A stretch of 64,000 nucleotides of DNA from Eledone cirrhosa (taxonomy: Eukaryota), in NCBI GenBank assembly GCA_964016885.1, contig OZ024744.1, positions 117,304,001 through 117,368,000 on the forward strand, read 5' to 3'. The translations under genes and the position numbers were made by a program. Under the pieces are notes generated by a model, which was not told the DNA's origin, did not search any database, and saw only the letters and a list, made by a program, of their open reading frames with translations. Positions 1-13,229 of the stretch are shown one piece after another (position 1 is the first letter of the stretch; each line of letters starts with the position of its first letter).

Positions 1-117
1 TCACTGACAAGGTATTGTGACCTATGATAAATCCACCATATCATAGGATAGACAGGTTGTCATGGACCAAGTCAGTCCTTAATTAGAACTGTTCTTGTTC
101 TGTCATTGTTTCTATGA

Positions 118-300
118 CTGGACACATCCAGTGACCAACCTGTCATTGGCTGGACACATCCAGTGACCAACCTGTCATTGGTTGGACACATCCAGTGACC
201 AACCTGTCATTGGTTGGACACATCCAGTGACCAACCTGTCATTGGTTGGACACATCCAGTGACCAACCTGTCATTGGTTGGACACATCCAGTGACCAACC
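118..300. repeat. 32-bp tandem minisatellite (~5.7 copies)
   Basis: Unit ggacacatccagtgaccaacctgtcattggtt recurs with period 32 (121, 153, ...). Confidence 0.95.
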
Positions 301-744
301 ACTTTACTTTACAAATGAATGAAACTCTAGACTCTGGGGAAACTAGTGTTGGTCTGTGTCAACAAATAGTGAACTACCGAAAGTTTACAAAGGGGAGTAA
401 CTTATGTTGTACAGAAGAGAAAGGTGACAAACTGGCAGAGTCGTTAGAACATCAGATAGAATGCTTTGTAGTATTTATTTTGACCTTCTCTTCTCTCAGT
501 TCAAATCCTGCAAGGTCAACTTTGCCTTTCATCTATAAAAAAAAAGTACCAGTCACATACTGGGGTCGATTCTTCCTCTATATCTCTTTCTCACTTCCAC
601 TCTCTCACTCTCTCTATCTTTGTATGGAAGAAATCTGCTGTACTCAGGCCTGAAGAGAAGGGCTCTGCCAGGTTTTAAGATACCCAACAAACACTATATG
701 TCAATATGGCACCCTATGACTTCTCTGGAAATATGGAACCATGT

Positions 745-945
745 CATACAGTATTGTACCATACCATACCATACTGTACTATACCATACCACACCATACC
801 ATACTATACCACACCATACCATACCACACCATACCACACCATAGCATACTGTACCACACCACACCATACCACACGATACCACACCATACCCTACCATACC
901 ACACTGTACCACACCATACCACACCATACTGTACCATACGATACT
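745..945. repeat. (CCATA/CCACA)n pentanucleotide microsatellite
   Basis: Direct reading; it generates the spurious YHT-rich ORFs. Confidence 0.95.
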
Positions 946-1499
946 GAAGAAGAGGAAGGAGAAGTGGGAGTAGGAGAAAACTGATGTTTCAACTAGGACC
1001 CTTCATCAGAAAGAGAGAGGAGTGAGGGAAGCAGCGGATGACAACAAAGGGTCTTACTCAAAACATTGCTCTCTAATTCTGAGAGCTTTGCAGCCTCAGT
1101 CTTGGACGTGCGGTCCATTCTCCTCCAGGTACAGGTGACCCCTAAAGAGCATGTCCTCATCCTCGGGTCACTGATCCACCCGCCAGCCATCCAATCCACC
1201 ATCAGGTCCAGGCTCTTTGATTAGTAATGCTCCAACTTAGTAATCCATAAGCCATACAGAAACAACTGTCCTAGAAAAAGATAGAGTTAGCTGGATGGTA
1301 GTTTGTGTGGCAGAGGTCTCATTGGTTGATGTGGTAATGATGGTGAGAGGGGGTGGGCAGGAGGGGAATTGGGAGAGACGGCAATCTGTGAAACAGGTGC
1401 ATAGATTAGGCATGTTTGGGTTGAAAGGAAACAAAAAGAGATTACATTACTTGACAGAAAACAATAATAATAATAAAGAACCATATCCAAGATAATTTG

Positions 1500-2445
1500 G
1501 GATTATTAACATTTACTTTACTCTATGTATACAATTGTATTTTCACAGTAAAGTCTTTATCTTACATAATATCTCACATAACATTTACATTACTCTATAT
1601 ATACTATTGTATTTTCACAGTAAAGTCTTTATCTTACATAATATCTCACATAACATTTACATTACTCTATATATACTATTGTATTTTCACAGTAAAGTCT
1701 TTATCTTACATAATATCTCACATAACATTTACATTACTCTATATATACTATTATATTCTCACAGTAAAGACTTTACCTCACATAATATCTCATAACATTT
1801 ACATTACTCTATATATACTATTGTATTTTCACAGTAAAGGCTTTACCTCACATAATATCTCACATAACATTTACATTACTCTATATATACTATTATATTC
1901 TCACAGTAAAGACTTTACCTCACATAATATCTCATAACATTTACATTACTCTATATATACTATTGTATTTTCACAGTAAAGTCTTTACCTCACATAATAT
2001 ATCACATAACATTTACATTACTCTATATATACTATTGTATTTTCACAGTAAAGGCTTTACCTCACATAATATCTCACATAACATTTACATTACTCTATAT
2101 ATACTATTTTATTTTCACAGTAAAGTCTTTACCTCACATAATACCTCACATAACATTTACATTACTCTATATATACTATTTTATTTTCACAGTAAAGGCT
2201 TTACCTCCCATAATATCTCACATAACATTTACATTACTCTATATATACTATTGTATTTTCACAGTAAAGTCTTTACCTCACATAATATCTCACATAACAT
2301 TTACATTACTCTATATATACTATTGTATTTTCACAGTAAAGGCTTTACCTCACATAACATCTCACATAACATTTACATTACTCTATATATACTATTGTAT
2401 TTTCATAGTAAATTCTTTATCTTACATAATTATCTCACATAATAT
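1500..2445. repeat. 72-bp tandem minisatellite (~13 copies)
   Basis: Unit ttgtattttcacagtaaagtctttatcttacataatatctcacataacatttacattactctatatatacta; 24-aa periodicity in the ORF track. Confidence 0.95.
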
Positions 2446-2489
2446 TGAATCTACAAGAGTTTGATGTTATTTACTTTGAGAACAATACC

Positions 2490-2586
2490 TTAATGTAGGT
2501 ATGAGTGGTCAGATACGGCCGGTTTGAACAGAAACAGGTGAGAGAGTTCTGGCCAGATATGGCCGGTTTAAATGCTAAAGGGTTAA
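2490..2586. mobile_element. Probable right end of a piggyBac-type non-autonomous element
   Basis: Ends ...aaatgctaaaGGG-TTAA; a similar end at ~56268-56286 and TTAA-CCC left-end-like sequence at ~35092. Confidence 0.4.
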
Positions 2587-2679
2587 TGTGATAGCATGGC
2601 CAAAACACGACCGGAGAGCGGAGGAAAATGAAAACCGCATGGTGGAAGAGAAAGGGAAATACAACACAGTAGTTTTATT

Positions 2680-3489
2680 TTTTAAGACATATTTATCAAA
2701 CTTGCGTCAGTTTGTCTTCATGACTTGTTCTTTTGATCTCACTTGTTAAACCCGTGATTGGCTTTGATGACGACTTCAAGGCAGCCTCGGAACCGGCTAC
2801 AGGCTTTTGTCACTGTCCCCCGACTTAGGCCCCTAAAGGCACTTGTGATCCTGGCCTTCAGATCTTCTTTCATATTGCAGCTAGATCTGTTGGTGTCTCG
2901 TTCCACTGCACCCCACACAAAGAAGTCGAGGGGGTTGCAGTCAGGTGAGCTGGGAGGCCAGATGTCAGTGTGGTCGACGAAGTTCTCTGACAGCCAGGCT
3001 TGGGTCTTTCGGCTGGTATGACATGGCGCTGAGTCTTACTGCCACAGGTACTGCCTACCTGCAGCTATCTGGTCAATCCAGGGCTTTACTACCTAGCTCA
3101 GAACGCAGATGTAGCTATCGGTGTTCAGCTTGAAGCCCTCATGGAAGAAGTAAGGTGGCATGACGCCACCTTGACTGCTGACGACCCCTAAGACCAATGT
3201 TGTCACTGGAAACTTTGTCTGCATGACTCTGGGCATGTCTTTGGATGAGACACCGTTCTCCTGCTGATGCTGAGAAAGTTTGAAATTTCCTTATTTGTCC
3301 TCCCGGCACGGATTCTAAGAAGAACTCTGTGTCTCTTCCACAAATTTGGAGGTTCAAAATTCTTCATAATCAATTATTCTGAAAATAAATAATGGAAATA
3401 TAGTCACTGTTTTTATGAAGACAAGAGTGACAATGGAAGTAAAAAAAATTACCAGTTGAAAATTGCCAACAAATATCGTCCTCACCCTG
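2680..3489 (-). mobile_element. Degenerate Tc1/mariner DNA transposon (DDxD, maT/DD37D-like)
   Basis: Minus strand reads YLWQ*DSAPCHTSRKTQAWLSENFVDHTDIWPPSSPDCNPLDFFVWGAVE; terminal TA-CAGGGTG at 3483-3491; in-frame stop; second TIR not seen. Confidence 0.85.
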
Positions 3490-3509
3490 TATATATATAT
3501 ATATCACTT

Positions 3510-4484
3510 ACCCTCCCACTAACAACAACAGCAATAAGAAAAGAAAGCATAACAATAGACAAACTATCTGGTTCTCTCCTCCCTTCTCACTCAACGTTAA
3601 AACCAATGTAGGCAAAAAATTTCTAGTCCTCTTAGATAGACACTTTCCCATAGGTCATAAATACCGCTCCATCTTTAACCAACACAAAGTAAAACTAGGA
3701 TACTCCTGCATTAAGAACATGAAGGCCCACATCACCAGCAGCCCTAGGAGCAACACCCACCAGGGTGCTCTTGCCGTAAGCCCGAATCTTGTCCCCTTCA
3801 ATAGCAATGCAACACACTCGCTGTAGTTTATGAAGCTGTGGTCACTTCCAACCAAATCAACCACAGGAGGTCAAATCCTATGTGGGTATGGCAGAGGGCC
3901 AATTTAGGGAACGCTTCCTGAACCACCAGTCGACCTTTAGGTATCCACGAAACTCGAAAGCCACGTATGGTCCCTCAAGGACTCAAGTATAGACTACTCC
4001 ATTCAATAGAAAGCCATCACTAAGTCGAAGCCATATGTAAGGGGCAATCCGTCGTGTGGACTATGTATTGATGAACGAATAAATATTCTAAAGAGATTAC
4101 GCAATAGTGATTGCCTAAACTCAAGAAATGAATTCTTCACACGTTGTCCACACATCTTGAAACACCTCTTACATAACTACAAAGCTCCGGATTGAATTAC
4201 AACAACATCCTAATTTTCTTATCAACTAGAAACTTTCGGACTTTCGCAGTTATCTCCCTTACGCCTCTCGCACGCAATTTAGTATTGCCTGTGTGAAGTG
4301 ATCGTTTCTGCACATGCGCATTTGTACGGTTGTCCTTCCTGTTCCGTATAACCATGTCCATTAGGAGCTGAGGATCTGCTAAGGTGAAACAATTATTCTC
4401 GGTATGGTGAACTAACTGTTGTGTAACCACTTCTACCTAACTCATCCCATGAACTGAGTGCTCTACCACTATGGATATTACCTT

Positions 4485-4487
<3 letters not shown>
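3510..4487 (+). mobile_element. 5'-truncated Penelope-like element (GIY-YIG C-terminus plus 3' UTR with degenerate hammerhead)
   Basis: Disrupted frames read GKKFLVLLDRHFPIGHKYRSIFNQHKVKLGYSC...HVWSLKD...CGLCIDERINIL...CLNSRNEFFTRCPH; CTGAGGA..GAAAC at 4368-4390; flanked by (TA)n. Confidence 0.85.
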
Positions 4488-4583
<96 letters not shown>

Positions 4584-4804
4584 TCTAAGGAAGACCTGGT
4601 AGTTCAGTGGTGGTGTGTATATGTTGTGTGGTGGTGGTGGTGCTGCTGATATACGTACACACAGGTGCGCAGGTGGACGTGAGTTAGTGGTGTAGTTGTG
4701 AAAGGTGTGTCTGGGTATGTTAAATAAATATAATGAAACTATTGTGTACAGTGCTCAGGTACACTACAACTCATCAAAGATGCATGTATAGTACATAGAA
4801 TAAT

Positions 4805-4982
4805 TGTTTCTACTTTTGGCACAAGGCCATCAACTACCCCAGTGCATTACGGTACTTTTATTTATCAACCCTGTAAAGATGAAAGGCAAAGTTAACCTCG
4901 GTGGGATTTGAACTCAGAACGTAAAGGGCCATAACTCTATGATGTAAAGCATGGTGTCTGATGCTCTGCCAATTCACCGCCT
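4805..4982 (-). mobile_element. tRNA-derived SINE family 1
   Basis: B box GAGTTCAAATCC; core ctttgcctttcatc...gataaa..agtacc; 18-bp TSD tatagtacatagaataat (4787-4804 / 4983-5000). Confidence 0.9.
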
Positions 4983-5443
4983 TATAGTACATAGAATAAT
5001 GTACAAATGTCAGGAAAGTAAATAGTGTATGAGTCATGATATACATACAGTGTGTGTATATGAAGGTGTAACTCACGTGTAGATTTGTTAGTGGGGGAAG
5101 ATTAATGTGTAGTGGTAGTGTAGGGAAGTTGAATGCATGTCAAGTGTGTAGTAAGAGGAGGAGGTACTTGTGCACGAGCATGCACAAACCCATGAAGTCA
5201 GTGTGCAATGTGTGGCTGCAGGTACAGGTACATGTACACACACACAAGCTGAAAGAAACCAGGCAATTCTTACAGAAACATCTGGACCTTTCATCACATA
5301 AAATAGTTAAGTTTTAGATATAAATTTTGAAATTGATATCTATTAAGTATGTATAGATATGTGTGTATGTGTATATATGTGTGTATGTATATATATATGT
5401 GTATGTGTGTATGTATATATGTGTGTATGTGTATATATATATG

Positions 5444-5488
<45 letters not shown>

Positions 5489-5609
5489 ACACACATATAT
5501 ACATACATATATGTGCGTGTGTGTATATATAAACATGTGTGTGTGTGTGTATGTATGTGTATGCATATGAGTATGCATATGAGTATATATATATATATAT
5601 ATATACACT

Positions 5610-6300
5610 ACTACTTTGATGCTAAACTCCACCAGTTGCAGACTGCACATCAACATGAGATATTTTTCTCCACAAATTTTCATCACCAACAGAGTTTAAA
5701 GAGCAAAGATCAAGTCCAGTTCATAAGTTGACATTATCAAGCCATTGTTTTGGCTGCCGTCCTCTGCTTCTCTTACCAGCCAACCTTCCTTCCAGGCATA
5801 ACCTACTCACACCACGAGATGATCTTTTTATATGACCGTATAGTTTGAGTACTCTTAACTTGATAATTGATGTAATTGGTCTAAGTCTGGTAATGTTGAA
5901 CAGCTCACTGAGCTGCTTGCCAGTCATAAGTCTCATGATGTGGTTCTGGAATGTAGAGAGCTTCTGAAGTGACCTTGTCGTCCAATTAACACAGTCAAGA
6001 CCATATAAAGTCTGGTAATGTTGAACAGCTCACTGAGCTGCTTGCCAGTCATAAGTCTCATGATGTGGTTCTGGAATGTAGAGAGCTTCTGAAGTGACCT
6101 TGTCGTCCAATTAACACAGTCAAGACCATATAAAGTCTGGTAATGTTGAACAGCTCACTGAGCTGCTTGCCAGTCATAAGTCTCATGATGTGGTTCTGGA
6201 ATGCAGAGAGCTTCTGAAGTGACCTTGTCGTCCAATTAACACAGTCAAGACCATATAACACAACTGGTAGGATGTAAGTGTCGAAGATCTTAGCCATCAA
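5610..6300 (-). mobile_element. RTE-group LINE 3' fragment with internal 125-bp triplication
   Basis: ILPVVLYGLDC...LKLYGHIKR...GKRSRGRQPKQWLDNV; period-125 repeat at 5884, 6009, 6134. Confidence 0.8.
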
Positions 6301-7617
6301 AAGTGTACAAACCAGTCAAGAAGGAGATATAAGAGATTAGTTGTGAGAATTATAAGCCAGTAGTGAAGAGGACAGTGTGCTCAATGTGTATTAAGTGCAA
6401 GACAAGCGAACACTGAAAGTAAGCAAGAGAAATATATCATGCAAAAAGTATATAGGCAGAGCGAAAATATTTATTTGTTTACAATTGTTTCAGTGGCTAA
6501 ATCACAATTCGATCCATAAAAAACAATACCTATCAATTTTTTAATCGATAGGCCCAGGTGATAATAAAATCAAACTATGATTGGACCTCATTTTCAGAAT
6601 GCAAAAAATGTATAAAAATTAATTTCAAAAATACATATCATTGATGGAGGAGACTATAAAAAAACTTAAAACACATACTATACTAATTACCAATAGAAGG
6701 ATTAATTGGAAGGATCAAACATTATTATTGAAAGAAATGTGTTAGGTGTGATAATTTTGGTGGATTGACATAATCGGAAGTAAGAATAAATAAATAGGGA
6801 CATAAATATGATGACAGGGAGACTATTAGTTATTACAAATCGATTAAAATGAAAAAAGGTTTACATTGAATGGAAATTCTAGTTGATATAATTAGGTTAC
6901 AATTAAAGAAAGATGTAAGGGGTTAGTATTACTCTTCACGGTAGAAAGAAATCAATAATATTGATGTGATACGACATAACCTGTAAAATATGTTAATATG
7001 ACATTTTAAGAAGAAAATAATTAAAGAAACGAATATATATTTTTACCAATGCAGTAAAAAAAATGAAAAATAAAAAATAAAATAAAGGGTTGGATAAGGA
7101 TAGAAAAAAAGAAAAGTTGATTAATCCTAATTAATGACCAAGTTAGGTATACCAGGGTATAACATGTCTATTAAACACGTGTTTATATAGTGTATGTGTT
7201 AAGTTTAGTGAAAGGGGAAGGGGTAAGTTTAGGGTCAAACATAGGTGTAAGAAATTATATAAAGAAGAAAAGCAAAAGAGGTTGATAAAGTGTCAAGCTA
7301 AGGCAAAAGGAGAAACAGAACTAAGATTACTTATAATTATAAAAATTAAAATAAATATAAAAAAGGTTATAGAGAATGTGGTCAAAGAATATATAATATA
7401 TGACATATGGATTAACTGAAGGAAAGGAAGAGGAAAAGGAGATATCTAGGGAAGTGTGTTGATACTTAGATAGCTACAACCTACAGTAATTTAAAAAGAA
7501 TATAAATCTAAAGGGAAGGGAAAAGAGAGCTTAACAAATAAGAGACTATAAAAAACACATACTATACTATTTACCGATAGAAGGAATCGATTGGAAGGAA
7601 TAATCATTATTATTCAA
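6300..7617 (-). mobile_element. Probable Penelope-like 3' UTR/pLTR remnant with degenerate hammerhead
   Basis: Minus strand CTGAAAA...long stem...GAAAC-AATT-GTA at ~6478-6600; GAGCAC motif at 6377-6382; ~80-bp direct repeat at 6650 and 7541. Confidence 0.45.
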
Positions 7618-8325
7618 TGTCTGTGTAGTTTGTGACATCATTCCATAGTCGACCTTGGCAAAGGCTTTCACAAAGTCAAGATATATCACGTCCACATGTG
7701 CCCTGTCTAGCAGTTGTTTCAGTACCCAGTCGTAGTGATGTAGCAGCTGTGTAAGGCAGCTTCTTCCTGGGTGAAAGCCATGCTGCGTGCTAGTCAGGCG
7801 GTCATTTTCTTTGAGGAATGTAATCAGTTTCTTTCTGCTGATTTGCTCCATGACCTTATTGATATGTGACATCAGGGAGACTGGCCTGTAGTTTTTGGCC
7901 TCCGCTCTGCTTCTTCCTTTATGGATAGAGCACACTGTGCCTTATTTCAGCTCTCTGGTTAGTTTACCGCTAGCCAAGGAGCTTCTGAAGAGGGTCATCA
8001 GTGGAGTTGCTAAGGCACGCTTAGATGTTTTTAGGAGGACTCCTGAGAATCCATCAGGACCAGCAGCTAAGTTTGTTCTAATTTCGTCTATGGCAGATAT
8101 CAGATCTTCTTCCATTATGTTTATGTGGTTGATGGTCGCCATTTCTTCATGGAGTGTTGTGGCATCAAAGAAATCCTCTAGCTTTGTTATTTGCATGTGC
8201 CTCAGTGGACATGTGAACACACTTTTGTACTGTTAGTTCAATATTTCACTTATCCCTTCAGGATCCTCAGTCATTGAATTGTTTGTATGGAAGAATGACC
8301 CAATCTTGCAGTGTACTGAGGCAGT
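7618..8325 (-). mobile_element. CR1-clade LINE RT fragment
   Basis: AAGPDGF...KNYRPVSLMSHINKVMEQ...QHGFHPGRSCLTQLL...DVIYLDFVKAF; frameshifted. Confidence 0.85.
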
Positions 8326-9905
8326 CTACCACCACTCCCTTTATCTAACCCACCCCACTATATTTCAATGTCACTACCACCCCCTCTATCTAACCCACCC
8401 CACCCACTATATTTCAATGTCACTACTACCCCCTCTAACCCACCCCACTATATTTCAATGTCACCACTACCCCCTCTAACCCACCTCACTCGACTGTATT
8501 TCAATGTCACCACTACCCCCTCTAACCCACCCCACCCCACTTTATTTCAATGTCACCACTACCCCCTCTAACCCACCCCACCCACTATATTTCAATGTCA
8601 CCACTACCCCTTCTAACCCACCCCACCCCACTATATTTCAATGTCACCACTACCCCCTCTAACCCACCCCACCCCACTATATTTCAATGTCACCACTACC
8701 CCCTCTAACCCACCACACCCACTATATTTCAATGTCACCACTACCCCCCTCTAACCCACCCCACCCCACTGTATTTCAATGTCACCACTACCCCCTCTAA
8801 CCCACCTCACCCCACTATATTTCAATGTCACCACTACCCCCTCTAACCCACCCCACCCACTACATTTCAATGTCACCACTACCCCTCTAACCCACCTCAC
8901 CCCACTACATTTCAATGTCACCACTACCCCCTCTAACCCACCCCACTATATTTCAATGTCACCACTACCCCCTCTAACCCACCCCACTATATTTCAATGT
9001 CACCACTACCCCCTCTAACCCACCCCACTACATTTCAATGTCACCACTACCCCTTCTAACCCACCCACTGTATGTCAATGTCACCACTACCCCTATATCT
9101 AACCCACCGCACCCCACTGTATGTCAATGTCACCACTACCCCCTCTAACCCACCCCACCCACTATATTTCAATGTCACCACTACCCCCTCTAACCCCCCC
9201 CACCCCACTATATTTCAATGTCACCACTACCCCTTCTAACCCACCCCACTGTATGTCAATGTCACCACTACCCCTTCTAACCCACCCCACCCCACTATAT
9301 TTCAATGTCACCACTACCCCCTCTAACCCACCCCACCCCACTATATTTCAATGTCACCACTTCCCCTTCTAACCCACCCCACTGTATGTCAATGTCACCA
9401 CTACCCCCTATATCTAACCCACCGCACCCCACTCTATGTCAATGTCACCACTACCCCCTATATCTAACCCACCGCACCCCACTATATTTCAATGTCACCA
9501 CTACCCCTTCTAACCCACCCCACTGTATGTCAATGTCACCACTACCCCCTATATCTAACCCACCCCACCCCACTGTATGTCAATGTCACCACTACCCCCT
9601 ATATCTAACCCACCCCACCCCACTGTATGTCAATGTCACCACTACCCCCTATATCTAACCCACCCCACCCCACTGTATGTCAATGTCACCACTACCCCCT
9701 ATATCTAACCCACCCCACCCCACTGTATGTCAATGTCACCACTACCCCCTATATCTAACCCACCCCACCCCTCTGTATTTCAATGTCACCACTACCCCCT
9801 ATATCTAACCCACCCCACCCCACTGTATTTCAATGTCACCACTACCCCCTATATCTAACCCACCCCACCCCACTGTATGTCAATGTCACCACTACCCCCC
9901 ATCCC
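8326..9905. repeat. C-rich ~41-48-bp minisatellite
   Basis: Unit tttcaatgtcaccactaccccctctaacccaccccaccccactata with variants, more than 30 copies. Confidence 0.95.
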
Positions 9906-10016
9906 ATTTTATTACACTGACCAGTATCTCCCTTATCATATCATCTCTTCATTCCATTTCCCTCACTTTCTCCATCTTACTATTATTACTGTCATTCCAC
10001 CAACAACAATAATAAT

Positions 10017-13000
10017 CATCATCATCATCATCATCAACGTTTAACGTCCGTGTTCCACGCTTGCATGGGTTTGGACGGGGGTAGTCCCACTTGAGGCAAG
10101 AGTGATTGTCTTGCTCGCATAGGACTGTCTGGCGGGTTTTCTACAGTTGGATGCCCTTCCTAACACCAACCACATTTACAGTGTGGGTCTGGGAGGTTTT
10201 TACCGTGTTGCCTACACGGCCACATTACAGCGTGGACTGTGTGTTTTTTTGTCGTGACACCTACACGATCTCATTTGTTTCGGCCTCGATCGCGCGGCAC
10301 CAACATAACTTTACATAGAACGGGGTGGTGTGGATCGGGTGGGGGTGGGGGTGGTGGGACGGGGTGTATTTTGTTAGAGATGCCTACTGGCTGGAGTAGG
10401 TTTTACTATACATTTAGGTAAGGCGGGTCTTCTCTGTTACTGAGTACCGCCAAAGGTCTCGGTCCAGTGACATTGTCTTGGAGAGGTGTAAGTGTGTGAT
10501 GTCGGAGTTTATCAGCTCGTCCCAGGTTTTTCTAGGTCTGCCTATTCCGTGACTACCGTCTATCTTTATTGCCCTGCACTTTGTTATACAGCTATCGACT
10601 TTCATGCGCATCACGTGTCCATACCAACGTAGCCTTCTCTCGAGTAAACAACATCTGATCCCTCTTATCTCTAATTTTTTCCTTAGTTCGTTTATGCTTT
10701 GCCGTTCACGTATATTACTGTTACACATCCAGCGGAGCATGCAAGCTTCGTTCCTCTCTAGTCTGCGTATATCCTCTGCACACAATGCCCAGGTCTCACT
10801 GCCATGCAGCATTGCTGTTCGTATGCAGGCATCGTACAACCTGCCTTTCATTTTTAGTGAGAACCCTTTAGCAGCTAATAGTGGTATAAGCTCTCTGAAC
10901 TTTTTCCAACCAGTTCTGACTCTAGCTACAGTACTTTCAGAGCACCCTCCCCCACTGCTGATTTTATCGCCCAGGTAACGGAAGCTGTCCACTATTTCTA
11001 TAGAACCCTCTGCGCAATTGAAAGAGCTAGTAGTTTGTGGGCACTTGCTGCTACTTATTGCACCAGAGCACCGGCCACATGTAAAATCTATGTTCTTAGT
11101 TAGCTTACCTGTGATCCCACTACATCTTTTATGCACCCATACTTTGCATTTAGGACATAAAATGGAGTTTCTACCTACGCCTTTCCTACACACCGAGCAC
11201 GACCATTTCCCAGAAGGGACCGCCGCCTTGTTTTCTTTCCTACAAACTAGTACTTTGGTCTTAGCCAGGTTAATTTTAAGTCCTTTTGACTCTAGGCCGT
11301 GCTTCCATGTTTGGAATTTCTTCTCTAGCTCGGCCATTGATTCCGCTATGAGTGTCAGGTCGTCTGCGTATAGGAGTTCCCATGGGCAGCCTGTCTTGAA
11401 CTCCTCTGTTATAGCCTGAAGGGCAATAATAAATAGTAGTGGACTGAGAACAGAGCCCTGATGGACGCCAACTTTTACGCTAAACTCTTCACTATATTCG
11501 TTGTTAATTCTAACCTTGCTGACTGTTTCTTTATACATGGCTTGTATAGCCCTCACAAGCCATTCGTCAACGCCTAGTTTTCTAAGAGCCCACCAGATAA
11601 TGGAGCGGGGGACTCTGTCGAAGGCTTTCTCCAAGTCGACAAAAGCTAAGTAGAGGGGTTTACCTTTAGCTAGGTACTTCTCCTGTAGTTGTCGTACTAT
11701 GAAAAGAGCGTCTGTGGTACTTTTGCCTGACACAAACCCGAACTGCATTTCATCTAGGTCAATTCTCTCTCTGATTAGTTGCGCTATTACTCTTTCCGTG
11801 ACCTTCATGACCTGGTCGATTAATTTAATGCCTCTATAGTTACTCCTATCTAGGGCGTCTCCTTTACCCTTATAACAGTTAACGATGATGCTGCTATGCC
11901 AGTCCTTCGGAACAACCCCATTCTGTACGACTTGGTTAACTATGCGGGTGACCATGGTGTGTCCCACCGTGCCAGATGCCTTCAGCATCTCAGCAACTAT
12001 TTCCGAAGGCCCAGCCGCCTTACCCGTCTTCATATCTTTGATTGCCTTACTTATTATACTACCTTCGACTAACACTGCTGGTCCCTCTATTGGGTCGATA
12101 TGGGGGAGACTGCCTTTCTCCCAATTATTCTCCTCATTTAGAAGCCTTTCATAGTGACACTTCCAAGCTACCTTCTTATCAGCGTCGGTGATGGCAAGTG
12201 TGCCATCGTCGTTTAGTACACACTTCTCCCCGACAATATCACGGTTTTCCTTGACGCATTGCCTAGCAATCCTGAACACCTCACGTTTTTGGTCATCGCG
12301 TTGTAGAACATGCTTGAACTTTCTTTCCTCAGCTTCCCTTCTTGCTAAGTACACTTGTCTCCTAGCTTCCCTCCTGGCCACTTGATAGTCCTCTCTACTT
12401 CCCCCATCCCGCCATACTTTCCAAGCCTGCTTTTTGGCCTTAATTGACCCCTCCACCTTACTGTTCCACCACCATGTTACTCTCCTCCTGCCTACAGGCC
12501 TGCTCCAGCCACAGACCTCGTCTGTCGCCAACAGCAGGTTTGCTTTCAGAAATTCCCACTCTCCCTCTATATTGTCCGACTCTAAATGTTCTTCCTTACT
12601 GTCGAAAGCATCAAGTAATATGCTTTGAAATTTATTCCTGGCTGTGGGGTCCTTTAGCTTCCATATTTTCCTCCTGAGGATAGTCCTCTTCTGTTGTCGA
12701 GTACGTCTCGTCCTGACTATGAGGTCGCTAATTATCAGTCTATGTTGGGAGGTGCATTCTTCATGGGGGAGGGATTTAGTGTTAACAACAGACACTCTGT
12801 CACGTCTTCTGGTAAGGATATAATCTACCTGGCTTGTGTGTTCCCCGGATCTATAGGTGATCAGGTGATTGTCACGTTTTTTGAAGTTAGTGTTACAGAT
12901 AGTTAGGTTATTTGCATCACAGAATTCCAGGATTCTGGAGCCTTCCTCATTTCTAGTACCAAACCCATAGCCTCCATGGATTTCGTCGTAGCCGTCACAA

Positions 13001-13229
13001 TGTTGTCCAACGTGACCATTTAGGTCGCCTGCGATAATTATATAGTCACTGTCGGATATTTGGGAGGTAGTTAGCATCAGTGTCTCATAGAATCTGTCTT
13101 TTATAGTGCCGGGCAGTCCGGATTGGGGTGCGTACGCAGATATTACTGTCACCGTAGTTCTATTGAGGACAAGTCGTATTTTAATTATTCTGTCGTTCAC
13201 TCTATTTACGTCTATTATCTTATCTGCCC
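10017..13229 (-). mobile_element. RTE-clade LINE, family A, 5'-truncated but young
   Basis: Uninterrupted ORF; ~400-bp 3' UTR ending in (GAT)n; candidate TSD acaataataat (10006-10016 / 13230-13240). Confidence 0.97.

Noticed and set aside
993-1230. GC-richer stretch with short ORFs, possible exon
   Set aside because: No recognisable protein motif or consistent splice-site pair.
1497-2442. Periodic ORFs and a CRISPR-like appearance of the tandem arrays (also 47355, 54590, 57795, 59744, 62120)
   Set aside because: The units are contiguous with no unique spacers, there are no cas genes, and the context is eukaryotic; they are minisatellites.
5294-5731. Y/I/H/T/C/V-rich ORFs (also ~25946-26534, 32954-33803, 39644-40003, 43171-43597, 48373-48896)
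   Set aside because: Translations of (TA)n, (CA)n and (CAT)n microsatellites.
10604-12906. Plus-strand ORFs overlapping the RTE element (and similar antisense ORFs at 15699, 37928, 52201, 52866)
   Set aside because: Antisense shadows of the LINE ORF with no independent motifs.
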